Shown: in pieces, positions 13,501 through 30,212 of the stretch
Numbering within the stretch: position 1 is the stretch's first letter
Layout: each line of letters opens with the position of its first letter
Assembly (NCBI RefSeq): GCF_002105155.1
Contig: NW_019028979.1
Location: forward strand, 496,001 to 560,000
Origin: Lobosporangium transversale
Taxonomy: Eukaryota
Length of the DNA: 64,000 nt
Direction: 5' to 3'
The notes under the pieces: model-generated
What the model was told of the DNA's origin: nothing
What the model saw: only the letters and a program-made list of their open reading frames with translations
The model's database searches: none
Position numbers and translations under genes: made by a program

Positions 13501-13989
13501 AGACAGTTGGCGCAAACATATACCTTCACATTGGGCGAAGTCTTTGTCTTTACAAAAGAATGAAAGAGTGACAAAAAAGATATCTTTGTAGTATGGGGTT
13601 TACATGACATGTGGGTTATGGCAGCATTCTTTTTTTTTTTTTTTTTTTTTTGCATAGCATCAGAGCCTATTTATTTTGCGGGAATGGAGGCGTTATAAAT
13701 GGTGGCAAATGCAAAAGCTTTCTCCATGAAGAGCGTCTGCACATTTGACTGTTCCCAAACAAGGCAATGCTTGGCAGCCTTTTTATTTATTTATTTATTT
13801 ATTTTAGACTTGCTTTGCCTCTTTTTCTTTTTTCTCTCCAACCCACTTTTGACGCAACGTATCTTAAAGCATTTTTTTCCTTTCTACACTCTTCCTCACT
13901 CCGCTTATCCCATATCTTTTATTCTGCTGTCATTTGTCCGCCTGCTTGCTTCCTCTTACGCATAGTGGTGTATAATGAGCTAAACAAAG

Positions 13990-16748
13990 ATGGGCATCAA
14001 CAAAAGTATGTCTCATGACAAAAGTGTTTGAATTCCCTGATATTCGAAATAGTGCATTCATATTCATCTAAAAACCTTGGGTCGGCATCACCACCAATAT
14101 TACCTCGTTTATCTTTTTCATAGATCTCTTCAGTGACCCAGAGCATCTGCCTTCTGGACTCATTTGTCCACTATGCGCCAACATCTTTCTTAACCCATAT
14201 CAAGTTTTTTGCAGTGAAGGCAAGTATTCCAAGAATATCTCACCGAGGCAAGAATGACGAGCCATAATCACTATGGTCCCAAATTGATGAAAACCATTCT
14301 CACCTTTGACTTTTGAGATTTACTTCTCTCATTTCTTACCACGTCCTTTATTATTTTTATTTTTATTTCTGTGTGTGCATGAACGTTGAAAATATTTGCA
14401 AATCAGACCATGTTTTTTGTGAAGCATGTTTGGAGGTTTATATTGATGATTATCTTCAAAGCAATCAACTAAAGGTTTTGCAGGAGACTGATCAAGAGCA
14501 ACAATCACAATCACATTTGTCTCGGCCAATACAGCACCCAATGATTACAACGTCTGATCAGGAAGCACAAGAAGAAGAACATGAAGAAGAAAGGGAGGAA
14601 GAAGAGAAGGAGAGGCCCATTGAGTCACCATCTTCATTAAATGATACCATCAGTGTAGAGTGCCCTGAATGTCGAAGAACAGCACAAGATTCTGCTTCAA
14701 GAATTAAGCTTTGTATCAGTTCATTTCGACCAGCGAAATATCTGGCGGTAAATTTATTGAGTCCATTTGTTTCTGTGTGGTATAATTTTGAGTCTGAAAT
14801 GATACTCACATTCTTGCGTTGCCTTCTCATATAAATCACTTAGAGAATGATTGATGCACAGCGTTTACGGTGTCCAACGACTATGATGAGATCATGCCAA
14901 TGGATTGGAGCTATGAAAGATATGCATACGCATCTTGATGTGGTAAAAAAACTGAAGTTTGTCTATTTCTATACTATTCAGTACGTCAGCATCCTTTCGA
15001 CTTCCTAACCCCTTTGTACCAATTATTCTGTTATTATTGTTATTATTGTAATTATTATTATTATTGTCGTGATTGTCTTCGATCCTCATAGTGCGGATTT
15101 GCCATAGAAACACTATGCCCTCACCGCCAATATGGCTGTAGATACAGAGCTTCCGCCCTTGACATTGTCGCACATCTGCCATCGTGCCCATTTGCACCAC
15201 AGGGTAGCTCAACATCTGAGATCTCTGATAGCCAGAGTCTTCCAGAGACTTCGCTTCCAAATCAACATATAGCGCCCCTTTCGCCCCCACAATCATCCCC
15301 GCCAATGAATCCAATGGACTATCCCCCGCATGGGCTATTTGAGCGCTTTCCACAAACGCAAGAATCAGACAATATCCCGGACCAACAACAGGATAGCGAC
15401 AAAAAGAAAGCTATGAGCTCAACTGCTAATGAACTTCAGCCGTCTAATAAAAACTTCCGCGCACTGTCAATGGATAGTATCACGGAGGATGGTCCTGGAC
15501 ATATCAATGACCTGCATAACGGCGAGACAGTGAGAATGGATGACAACGAGGATGAGTTTGATCAAGATGAGTTCCTGGAACGTCTTGAAGACTTGGAAAT
15601 GGCAGATATTTCGTTCTCTCCTCATCATAGCCCTTTACTGGCCCATAGTGACAACAGCCCAGACCCTTTGTTGATTAAGTCAGAGCAAGCACCCATTTCG
15701 ATGTCTTTGCAGCCTCTAAGAGTTCCTACACGACGTAGGCTCATCGTAGAGGAAGAATCGGAACAAGAGGACTGTGATAACGCAACCAGAGCTGCAGTTA
15801 ACGACCACAATTTAGACGTAGCCATGACAGACTCGGTTCCTCCAACTGAAATGGAGGATCGTAGCCAGTATGGTGCACATGCTGGAGGAGATCCTAATGA
15901 CCAAGGGCTTCTGCCTTATATTTCTAGCTATGCAGGGGAGCTACCACCAGCCTCTAGATCTGCTGCTTTACATCAGAGCTCTCCCCACATTGATGGACTT
16001 ACAAGCACTTCAGATCACCCTGCGCCGCTTATAACTGAGCAACAGCTACCGCCAGCACCATTGTCACCGCATCAAATAGAACAAGAAGCTGAGCAGCACA
16101 ATCCACAAACGTTTATTACCCGTCGAAGGCCTTCGCTTGATAGTTTGACAGACGCACAGCATGACTCTAGTAAACGAAGAATGCTGGAATTTCATGGACC
16201 TTGGCAGTGGCAGGTTGGACCAGCATCTCAGGCACAGCCACAAGAACCAGCCATTATTACCATGACCGACATCTCGTCTGTTGACTCTCCAGCTGCATCA
16301 TCAGTAATGTCATCACTCGTATCTTCTTTTATCAAACCTCTATCACGAAGGCCAGCATCGTTTTTTGCGCCGCTACATCGTCCAATGACAAGATCTGAAG
16401 CAACTGATATACAGGTTTATGTGGCTGAGTCGTCAAGCTATCTACCACTTTTGGTGCATCAACCAAGATACTTACGACCACGACAAAAGGTAAACGTGAT
16501 ACAAACTCATATCGCTCATATTGTTATTATTATTATTATTATTTTACTGACCTTGCGCATACACCAACATCGATTTTATGTAGAAAATCCTTCGTGGACG
16601 TGCTCGATCCAAATTTTTGACTCCTATTGTCCATGGAACAAACAATACAGAAAATCAGCTGAATGGACCACCATTTGGTAGCATGATGACAAACATCACA
16701 TCACCTGAGAATTCGTTTGCTTCCGATGGAAATTCCCATGAATGCTGA
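13990..16748 (+). CDS. RING finger + TRAF-type zinc-finger protein (putative E3 ligase) with a long disordered C-terminus; exons 13990-14005, 14124-14219, 14407-14747, 14844-14942, 15092-16489, 16584-16748
   Basis: Spliced product reads LICPLCANIFLNPYQVFC..HVFCEAC...CPEC, then RCPTTMMRSCQWIG..HLDVC..CPHRQYGC...HLPSCPF (TRAF-like fingers), and runs in frame into ORF 15305-16681. The first and last exons are less certain. Confidence 0.75.
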
Positions 16749-19397
16749 AGAAAATGTTGTATACAAAACCGTAGTTTTTAGTAAGGACATTCCAATGGTT
16801 AATAAAGCATACATAAAGTTTAATTCTGTTCATTTTGCCCCTACTTGCGGTTATTAATTTCAAGGTAAATGCCAATACAGTCGACGTCAAGAAAGATGTA
16901 CTAAGACTGAGTGGTCTTCAAAAACGCACTAGTGTGAGACGTGTTTCTGTATTCCTTTCATAAAACATTACCATGTGAACTAAGGATGAAGAGAACGGGT
17001 ACATACTAATACAGGATAAGTTTGGTTCTACGCAATCTCCGAGTTCATCCTCCATCCTGAAAAACATCCTTGGTCAAGGAAACAAATAAATAGGACATAT
17101 CGCATTGACCATCCGATGTTTTTTGGCATGATGGAAGACATGCGTATAGTAAATTCAAGCATTCAAGGACGTCAAACAATCAAGTGCGAATGAAAGTTTA
17201 GTAATAAGTACAGTCTAAAAAACATGATGCATCACATTCTCACATTCTCCCCAAGAAAAAGAAAGGATGGCGTAGAAGAAGAGTTCAGTTTCATGTGCTT
17301 TTCATATCATCGGAAGGGGCAGGGTACAATGAACACTCTGTAAAAATCACATCTTGGTCTTCTTATCTCCTCTTCTATCTTATCCTCTCTCTTCATGAGA
17401 AAAGAGTTCTGCAGGCGAATGCGTCTGATACCTGGTTATGTTCTTTCTCTTGTAAATGCAATTTAATTCTTAACGTACCGAGTCCGCGTTCAGCTCAGAT
17501 GTGGCGTAGGGGGAGGGGGGGGGTTTCGAGATACAGAAATGTAAAAAAAATTACTCCATCTGCAAAAAAGGTGAGACAAAAAACTTGTATACAAAAATGG
17601 TCCAAAACCAAACCAACGGGAATATGTATTGGTATAATAAAACAACAACAAACACAGTCAAACAAAATAAAAAATAGAGAAGAGGCTGGAGAGGAAAAGG
17701 AAATTGGATGAAGTGCGGAGTGACCCCCACTGGTCATCGTAATTGATCATCCCTCGCCTGCAGTGTTGATGACAGCCAAGCCAAATGCAAGCGTAAAGAG
17801 AAAAAAAGATGGGATGTTTTCTTCTAAGATCCTCTTGCGAATCTGTAATTAAGAGGGGAGGGCCTACCCCTTCAATAAGAGAGAGAAGCATATGCCTCTT
17901 ATTTATACCCACTAAGCTAATACTACGCGTCCTTTGCAACACAAACTCAAGATGGTCAGAGCACCTCTCTCTCAACCCACATTGCCCCTTGCATTCACAC
18001 ACTCTATTTGACTTCCTTCCCTTGTCCCTTCTACTTTGGTCTGATTGTGTTAGATGTTATGCCGCGTGGCAGGACCTAATTTACCTTCTCTTTTTCTCCT
18101 GCCTTTTCCCCTGTTCCTTCTCAAGTCCTTGAATGTCTTTTTTGCTGTTGACATTCGTGTTCATACTCGTGCTCGTGTTCGTGTTCGTTAGTTTGTCCCT
18201 TTCGTGCACCAATAGGTCGTGTCCTTTTTGTGCGTCTACTTGCAAGAGGTAGTTTGGTTGGCTCGGGCTTGTACAAGGACGCGTTGTACGTGTCTTCTTC
18301 ATCCCTGGCGCATCGCGTGACCTTGCTTTTTAGTCAAAAAAAAAAAAAAAAAAAAAAAAGAATGCCCACTGCATCTAAGCATTTATTCACTGGACGATCT
18401 TGGTCTGTCCTTCTTGAACATATTTGTATTTGCACATGTTTTCATGTATTGAATGGGTACGTTCCACTTCATCAATCAACCGTCGGCACAGCCGCCACAA
18501 TCCCTTTGAGTCCCTATCTACAGTTACCCCACTCCGAGAGCAATTCCAGTCCTCTTTGGCGTTTTTATATTAACTCATACTTGTCATGATACTCATAAGC
18601 TCTACATTTCATCCTGAGATTTGAAGGTATCCAATACAACTTCATTCCAAAGCCCCAATGTCAAACCTTAGTGTATTCATTGACCAGAGTTCCTAATGTC
18701 AATTGATGTGGTTTGTCTTCAAACTGGTGCTCCTTTGATTTTGCTACCCTCGTCATCAAGAGTTGCTCAGATAACAGAAATGTGGATATGATAGGAGAGT
18801 ATAAATGCAGTGAGCCAGCGCCTACGATGCCTCCTTGAGCCACTACAGCAAGAAAAGAAAAAAAAAAAAAAAAAAAAAAAAAAAGACAATCTACTGGTAC
18901 AACAGCATCACTTGTTGCAGACATTGCAAGTTTCAACAACTACGCAACAAACATCAACTACCGCGATTCAGCATCCGCTACATGCACTATAATCCCTTGA
19001 GCTTGCTCTTGATGTAGCCCCTCCCTTTTCCCCTGCGATCTTTCAAAATAAAAAAAAATAAAAAAAAAAGAAGAAAAATTCTTGTGGACAGGGAAAAAAA
19101 GCGAGGGATGAGGAAGGAGAGAGAAGGATGAGTCTATTTATTGTCTTTTTTTTTTTTTTTTTTTTTTTTTTTGTTTCTGTACATCCTTCCAATTGCACCT
19201 GCAGTCGATTGACGAGCACTTTATTCGGATGTAATCTGACGGACGCTTTTTTTTTATTCGTTTAGCAACTCCTCTTGTTCTTCGTCATCTTTGTCTGTGT
19301 TTATTATCACCATCGTTACCCTTCTTTGAACACTTTGAACACTTTGATTTCTGCATCTGTATCATCATCCCAGTTTACATTTGCAAAAGACAAAGTG

Positions 19398-19431
<34 letters not shown>

Positions 19432-19916
19432 CAGATCTACCCTGTTTGTCTCTGTTTGCGTTCTTTTTTTTTTTTTTTGTTTGTCACTGTTATCTGTTGC
19501 TACTGTTTGCTGCTGCAGGCGACTGCATCCTAACCCTGCTCAACCACGGGTCACTTTCAGTCCCGACCTTTTTCCATCTCGAGCACCCCCTTTCATTCAT
19601 CCTATTGCTTCCTATTATCCTTTTGTCTTTCTCTATCCCTTGGGAATCCATTGATTCATCACTGCTACATATTCTTTTTAAATTATAACAATTAGGTATT
19701 CAATCAACACAGACAAGAATAGGTGGGTGAGTTGGATGAATTTTGTGTACTTTGTGTATTGTTGTTGATTGACCAGTTGAAAAAGAGGCTCCTTTTCCCC
19801 CCTACCTTTTTTTTTTTTTTTTTTTTTTTTGTTCCTCGTCCTTAATCCTTTTTGTCCTCACCCTTCCAACCAGACCAATCGTACCCAGGTCAACACCAAT
19901 CTCTGTCTTGTGTCTG

Positions 19917-19952
<36 letters not shown>

Positions 19953-20287
19953 ATTTGGTTGAATAAGAAGTTAAAGACAAATTCTTTTCAATAGTTTCAA
20001 ATAACAATTTTTTTTTTCTTTTCTTATTGTGTTATTGTGTGGAAATGCGTGCATGCCAAAAAGGTTTTTGAAATGAGTCTGCATCCGTCAAGGAGATCCT
20101 GGTATCATTGTTTGGGTCATCAATAACCCTCTTTGGCGCCTTTTTCTTTTTCTTCTTTTCTCACTTTTCCTTTCTCGTCCAACTAAACCTTCTCACTTGC
20201 ACCATCAAGAACTGCACAGCGTAAAAAAAAAAAAAAGCAACTCCTAAAATCACTGTTCTTTTAAAAAAGTAACGACATTTGAATGAT

Positions 20288-20323
<36 letters not shown>

Positions 20324-20936
20324 GTTCACTCTCATACTCTAAAAACTCACACATACGCACACACAGCATCTTTTGTGTTAGTCTGCATTCGTCCTGTCTT
20401 TCTTTTCTTTTCCTTCTTTCTTTTCTCTTGGCCAGTTTTCCCTTCTTTCTTCAGTTCTCCCTCTCCTGTTGCCTTTCTATTCTCTTTATATTCATTGTAT
20501 TTTCCCTAGCTCCTCTTCCTCTCCTCTCTCCTCTCCTCTCTCACCCCTACTTCCATAAAGCAACATCCCACCTCCATCGTCTCTCCACATCATTCTTTCG
20601 ATTCCCTCCCCTTTTTTTATTGACACGAACAACGATTCTTATTCTCTTCATCATTCTTATTTAATCTCAAGTATTGATATATCCATCTTCCACATTGTAA
20701 TTTACAAACTTCTCACTGTTGGCCTTTGTAGCCCAATCTATGCATGGTACGGGCGTTTTTCTATACTTAAACATGTGCTCTGTTACATTCATCCATATGG
20801 TTACACTCGTAAACAGTGCCAGCAATACCAACAACAACAATAACAACAATAACAACCATTTCCCGAAAAAAAAAAGGGATTTTTTTTTTTTTTTTTTTCC
20901 TCCAAGTTTGTGATGAGGCTCTACAAACCATTCTGC

Positions 20937-20967
<31 letters not shown>

Positions 20968-21460
20968 CCTCCTCGGAAAAATGGTCTATGCTTCTCCTTG
21001 ACAATTACATTCACATTGTCGTTCTCATTTCTTCACTTGCCACCCATTTGCCTCGTTAACCAAAACAGGCTAAAGCTAACACAAAAAGTAAACAACAAAG
21101 AGTATAGAGGGAAAGAGAAAGATTATCCATTCTAAAATGGCAAGATTGTTGTTGTGAATAGGTTATTGGTTTGTAGCACCGCTCCAGTTGTGTGTGGACC
21201 CTTTTCTCCTTTACATCAGGTATTTTTCCTCCCCTTCTGGCTCTGGTCTGTAAACCAATCTCCGCCTCATTGTTTGTTCTATCAGTCAATCCGTGCTCGA
21301 AATCTTTTTTAGTATTCTGTGACAGGAGCTTGATTTGGGTCGCATGCTCCCTGTTCCCATGTTCACAATTGTAAGAGCATAATACGAACGGTTGTTATTG
21401 GGAAATGGAAAGGGGGAAATGGGACGATCGCTCAGTGAAGAACCTTATGCGACCGACCAC

Positions 21461-21496
<36 letters not shown>

Positions 21497-22321
21497 GAGC
21501 CCAATCTTTAGATCAAATGCCTATATTCTTTTTGTTTTTCTTGTTGACTACAGAAATTGAGATAGGATTAACAGATGTATTAGAGCGTCAGAGAGAGAAG
21601 ATTACGACAAATTCTATCGTCCTCTTGCGTATAATGCAGCAGTATGCTGTGGTTGTCTGTCCGCGCGCGACCTATCATCGCGATGCACGCGTCTATGGGC
21701 TTACGGCTATTTCTAGTCTTTTCTGACTTACCATACCAATCTAGACTAATCGCTGTATTCAAACATCTCGGAAGATGATCCCCTATCTTTCTATCCCTCC
21801 CCTTATTCGATTTTTTTCCTTTTCTTTTTTTGTCTTGCTTCGCCATTTCACCGCTATCATTATTGCATCGCACAATTGGCTGTCGCATTTAATTGGCCTT
21901 TCTTCACTCTTTTTCCCTTTCCAGTTTTTGATATTTCTGATATGGTGATTTGCTCTCCTCCCATTTTTCGTCTTCAGAGTTGTGTCTTCCCACAGATTTT
22001 CTGCTGATAAAAACACAGATGGCTTATCAGTCACGCCCATAACCTTGTGCTCCTTTTTTTTTGTACTCCAACTCATTTCTTTGTGCTTGTCTTCAGTTGT
22101 TTTTACTTCAAAAAAGAAGCTTTTGAATAATCTGACCCATTCGCTGCTCTCTTCCTCCTTCCTCTCTCTCACTAGACTCCAAAGATTTAAACGAAAAAAT
22201 CACTTTTGACTCTAAGATCATCCTTACCCATCAACGGGATCTACATCATCCTCAGAATCAAAGCCAGAATCAGGATTTAAGTCTACGCGGCGTCGCGACT
22301 CACAGCGGAAAGCAGCTGGAC

Positions 22322-25953
<3,632 letters not shown>

Positions 25954-26545
25954 CTATAATACCAACTAGCGGACAGTTTGCCAATGCCCTTCATTTATTT
26001 CTTTATCTTCGTTTTTATTTTATTTTTCTATTTTTTATTTTTATTTTTATTTTTTTTATTATTATTTTCGGCTAACATCAATCTTGTGTGGCTATTATCC
26101 ATCGGTCGGTTCAACCTCTTACGGATCACCTATTTTATATGAATTGGCTTTTTCATACTGTTTTCTTTTTTTTTCTTCCTGTATCCTTTCTCCCTGCATT
26201 AGTATTATATTGTAGTAGAAACCCCTTTGGTCAGCAAAGAAGAGTAGCCCCACTTGTAGGCCAGTCCTTCTCCCTTCTCTTTACTTGTCTATGTACATGT
26301 ATATAAATATAAATATAAAAAATGGAATTCAAGAAGGGTTGCACCATGTGCAGTAATTGATGAGCGACATAATTCAGGACATGTTTTTTTTTACGTCTTT
26401 ATTACATACCGCACTACCACACTTTTTTTTTGTGATTGAGCCACTAAGACAATGACATGAGATTGGTTTTTGGCTTTGCGCTTGGGCTTCCTCTTTCCTT
26501 CTCAATTTTCAACTTTACTCATTTTCTCATATTAAGCCCTTACAA

Positions 26546-27654
26546 ATGCAAAATTTAGACTCCGTTGTGTACGAAGATACCACCTCCGCAGAACGTTGCT
26601 ATCCTGAACGGATCCCCAAGGATCCAATCTTAATGGTAGATCGAATCTTAACAAAATACGACTTCAATGAAAGCAACGATAACATTAGCAGTAGTAGCAG
26701 CGACAATGATGAAGATTACATCAGTTCCAGCTTACATGATAGCGGGGATGAAAGCAATACCAGCAATGATTGCTGCTATGATTCGCAATATAAACTCAAT
26801 CAGCGTCAACAGTTTTACTCGATACGCAGACATGAAAATAATAAGAGTAATAACAATAAGAGCATGGGTGGGAGCGGTAGCGATAGCTGTCTGTTTACAC
26901 AGCGCGAGAGAAGGCGGCGCAATGCTGCACGACTTCATAACGGGGGACAGTGCCTGTGGTCTCCTTGGTCACGTTGGCGAGTATTGCTGAAGCTTCTGTA
27001 TGGTGTAGTGGTGCCAGCAGTGATCATATACTTACTACGGCGATCAGACCAATCTCTTCCACGACACGCTCGCTACTCTTCTCAAGAACCGTACCTTCGG
27101 CGTATGCAGACGTCCATACAGACACCAGCAATAGCAAGGTCTGTTATTGAAGCAAGGAAAAGATACTGGAAGGAAGGATCTGGAGTCCAGCCTTACCAAA
27201 GATGCTCTAGGGACGATTTGGACAGAACAAAAAGAGATTATATTGAGAGCACGCCAACAAACAACGACAGAGACAAAGACTGCTATAAAGACAGGAGCAG
27301 TCCCGAATTTCTATCCTCTTCATCCAAGAATCAGTGTCGTCTACATCGGGATCAGGAGCAACAGGAATCTAGCAACGCCATGGTGCAGCAAGTGTCCTAT
27401 GATCAATTCATCCTCTTTGGAGACTCCATCACACAGGTAATTTAGCTCGATTGATTTTAAAAATGCAAAGACTGGTGGTAACGTTGCTTTAATAGAAGGT
27501 TGCGGCTACATCCTTATTCAAAATATATGAACTTTTTTTTAACTCCTAGTATTCATTTGATGTGAATCAGCGAGGATATGGTTCTCAGCTCGCCCATTTA
27601 TTTCAGCGACGACTTGATGTTATTAACCGTGGATTTTCAGGTGTGTATTACGCG

Positions 27655-27694
<40 letters not shown>

Positions 27695-28515
27695 ATTGGT
27701 TGGGACACCCACGCTTTATGGAAAAGTTCGGGTATGAGAAGTGAATTAATAGAAACTCATTATGTCTTTGACTAACAGGATGGAAAGTTTTTCTCAATGT
27801 CTATATCTATATCTATATCTATATCTATTTATTTATTTTATTTTCTTTTCTTTATTCAATCTTTCTTTGGGATCTAACATGCAGGATATACAAGCGAGCA
27901 GGCTATCCATCTCCTGCCCCAATTCCTTCCTCGACCAAATGATCAGCAACAGCAACTAGGAAAACAGGAGCAGGAACAGGGGCAAGAGCAGGCCCCCCAG
28001 CTCCCCACGCGCCTACAATTATCCTCATCACTATCACCATCATCAAAAGTTCAATTCTTGAGTATATTTTTCGGTGCGAACGATGCATGTCTCCCTCCAT
28101 CACCTCAGCACGTAGATTTGGAGCGATATGAGCAAAATCTTCGTAGCCTGATCGATATGGTCCATGATCCCAGATCCTTAACTTACTCACCTGAAACACG
28201 TGTCATCATAATTTGTCCTCCTGTCATTGACGAAGAGCGTTGGGCAAAGAGACGTCAAAAGCAAGGCAGGGCGATGGATCGGGAAAAGGGCGTGACCAAG
28301 AAATATGCAGCGACCTGCCTGAAAGTTGGACAGGAATACCAATGCAGGAACGACCAGCAATCACCACCTCAGTATCATCAGGTCGATGTCATTGATACCT
28401 GGAGCTTAATGACTACACAGATCGAAAGTGGTCAGCGGACACTGCAGGACTATCTAATAGATGGGTTGCATCTGGCTTCTGAAGGCAACAATGTAATGAA
28501 TGACTAAACTGGAAA

Positions 28516-28548
<33 letters not shown>

Positions 28549-28766
28549 TATGTGGCCGATATTAATATGAATGCTAAATTTTATTTTTATCTTTAACAAA
28601 CTAAAAGCTTATTTTCGAGGAAATTATGAAGATCATACGAAGTCGTTATCAGGAATGGGATCCAGAAGTTATGCCAATGCATGCACCATGGTGGGGCCAT
28701 CTGGATTTGAAACAACCAGAGATAGATCTACTGATCTGTGCCAATAAGACAAAGAAGGAACTATAA
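26546..28766 (+). CDS. IAH1: SGNH/GDSL hydrolase, IAH1-like (isoamyl acetate-hydrolysing esterase family), with a long N-terminal extension; exons 26546-27436, 27550-27640, 27885-28492, 28608-28766
   Basis: Blocks FILFGDSITQ, DVINRGFSGY, IFFGANDA and DGLHL (S-G-N-H catalytic set). Three GT-AG introns keep the frame. Start is ambiguous (26546 vs 27380). Confidence 0.85.
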
Positions 28767-29015
28767 TACGGGACAACGCCAAACCAAGTGAAAAAAAAAA
28801 AAAAAAAAAAAGGCAATAAATCAATTTTTTTTTTGGTTTTTTTTGCTACTTCTGCTACTGTGTGTATTATGATCTTTTCGTTTCTTCTAGTCTTACAGCG
28901 ATTATTATTAGGGTAGGTAGAATAAATTATTGTTTTTGAGTAATATACAAATGAACGAGGCAAAAAAAAAAAAAAAAAAGAAAAAAAAAGAAAAAGAAAA
29001 ATCTAATCAAGCTAA

Positions 29016-29254
29016 TCAAAGAATTGTCGTAACGGTTGAGTAGGATCCCATAATTACGACTAGTGCCTGGATGAGACCCCATAGAAATGGCACCCATGTT
29101 GACATGCGATATGCTCCTGCATTGTAGATCGCAGCGATGGCCAACCCTAATTTGATCAGATACGTTGGGTTGATTTGAATAAGTATATCATTTTCCTCAA
29201 AAAGAATGGTATGAAGGAACGAACGTCACCCATCTATGCATGCCTTTGATTGTC

Positions 29255-29286
<32 letters not shown>

Positions 29287-29896
29287 CCACTTCAGTAAGT
29301 TGATGTATTTTTTTATCCTGTCATTTTGTAATCTTGTAGTCATGCATTCTCAGAGATGTATATACTTTTTTTTTTTTTTTTTTTTTTTTGTCAATATCTT
29401 GTCGTCAATGCCTTCTGTCTCTTGCTGCTTACCGACAAGACTTCCGCTAAGGAAAGCGATGAATGCTCCTGTGACGAAGAAAAAGATAGGTAAGAGAATA
29501 GCCCATTTATAATGTCTTCGTCCAAAAACAAGACAAGCCCACAATCCTGCCAAAGTGTATATGCTGACAATAAATATAAGAGTCCAATATGTGGTAAATC
29601 GCCAAATATCTATTTTTATTTGATCCATAAAAAAAGAAAAGGTTATTACACCGTTGCACAGTTTGAGAGAAAGAGACAATGGCACCTTTATTTTTTTTTT
29701 TTTTTTTTAAAAAAAAAGAAACGGGGTTGTTGTTAAAATCCTCAGCTGCATTTTGCAGCGCGACATTAATAGCAACTTTACCCTTTGGATAGTACATAAA
29801 GATGCCATGTCTTAAAGGATCAGTTACAGGCCAATAGAGTGATGGCCAAGGCGGAGTGGTATAATCTGATGGAGGCGTAAAGCCATTTGGAGGCAT
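29016..29896 (-). CDS. TMEM170-family small ER membrane protein; exons 29896-29782, 29609-29433, 29146-29016
   Basis: PPWPSLYW..YYPKDIWRFTTYWTLI...GSLVGLAIAAIYNAGAYRMSTWVPFLWGLIQ resembles fungal TMEM170/YPR153W proteins. The splices are in frame. Confidence 0.8.
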
Positions 29897-30067
29897 GCCT
29901 GTAAATCCTACTTGTTATGAATGTGTGATCGCGTGCTGTGGTATGAAGATTTATAGAATGTTGAAAAGAACTTGTTGGTAATTTGTATTTAGGCTTTTCA
30001 ACGTTATAATGGAGCAAGAGAGGAAGGAAGAAAGAAACAGAAATTGCGAGAAAAAAAAAAAAGGCAA

Positions 30068-30212
30068 GAGTGAGCTTGAGAATGAGAATGAAAATGGGAA
30101 TGAGCTTGAGAATGAGACAAGAGGGTGAGAGTGAGAGTGAGAGTGTGGGTGAGGGCGAGAATGAAATTGAGAATGAGAATGGAAGTAGGAATGAGAGAAG
30201 GAATGAAATGAG
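30068..30212. repeat. Degenerate hexamer repeat (GAGAAT/GAGAGT) upstream of the TMEM170-like gene
   Basis: tgagcttgagaatgaga occurs twice, with multiple gagagt/gagaat units. Confidence 0.7.
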
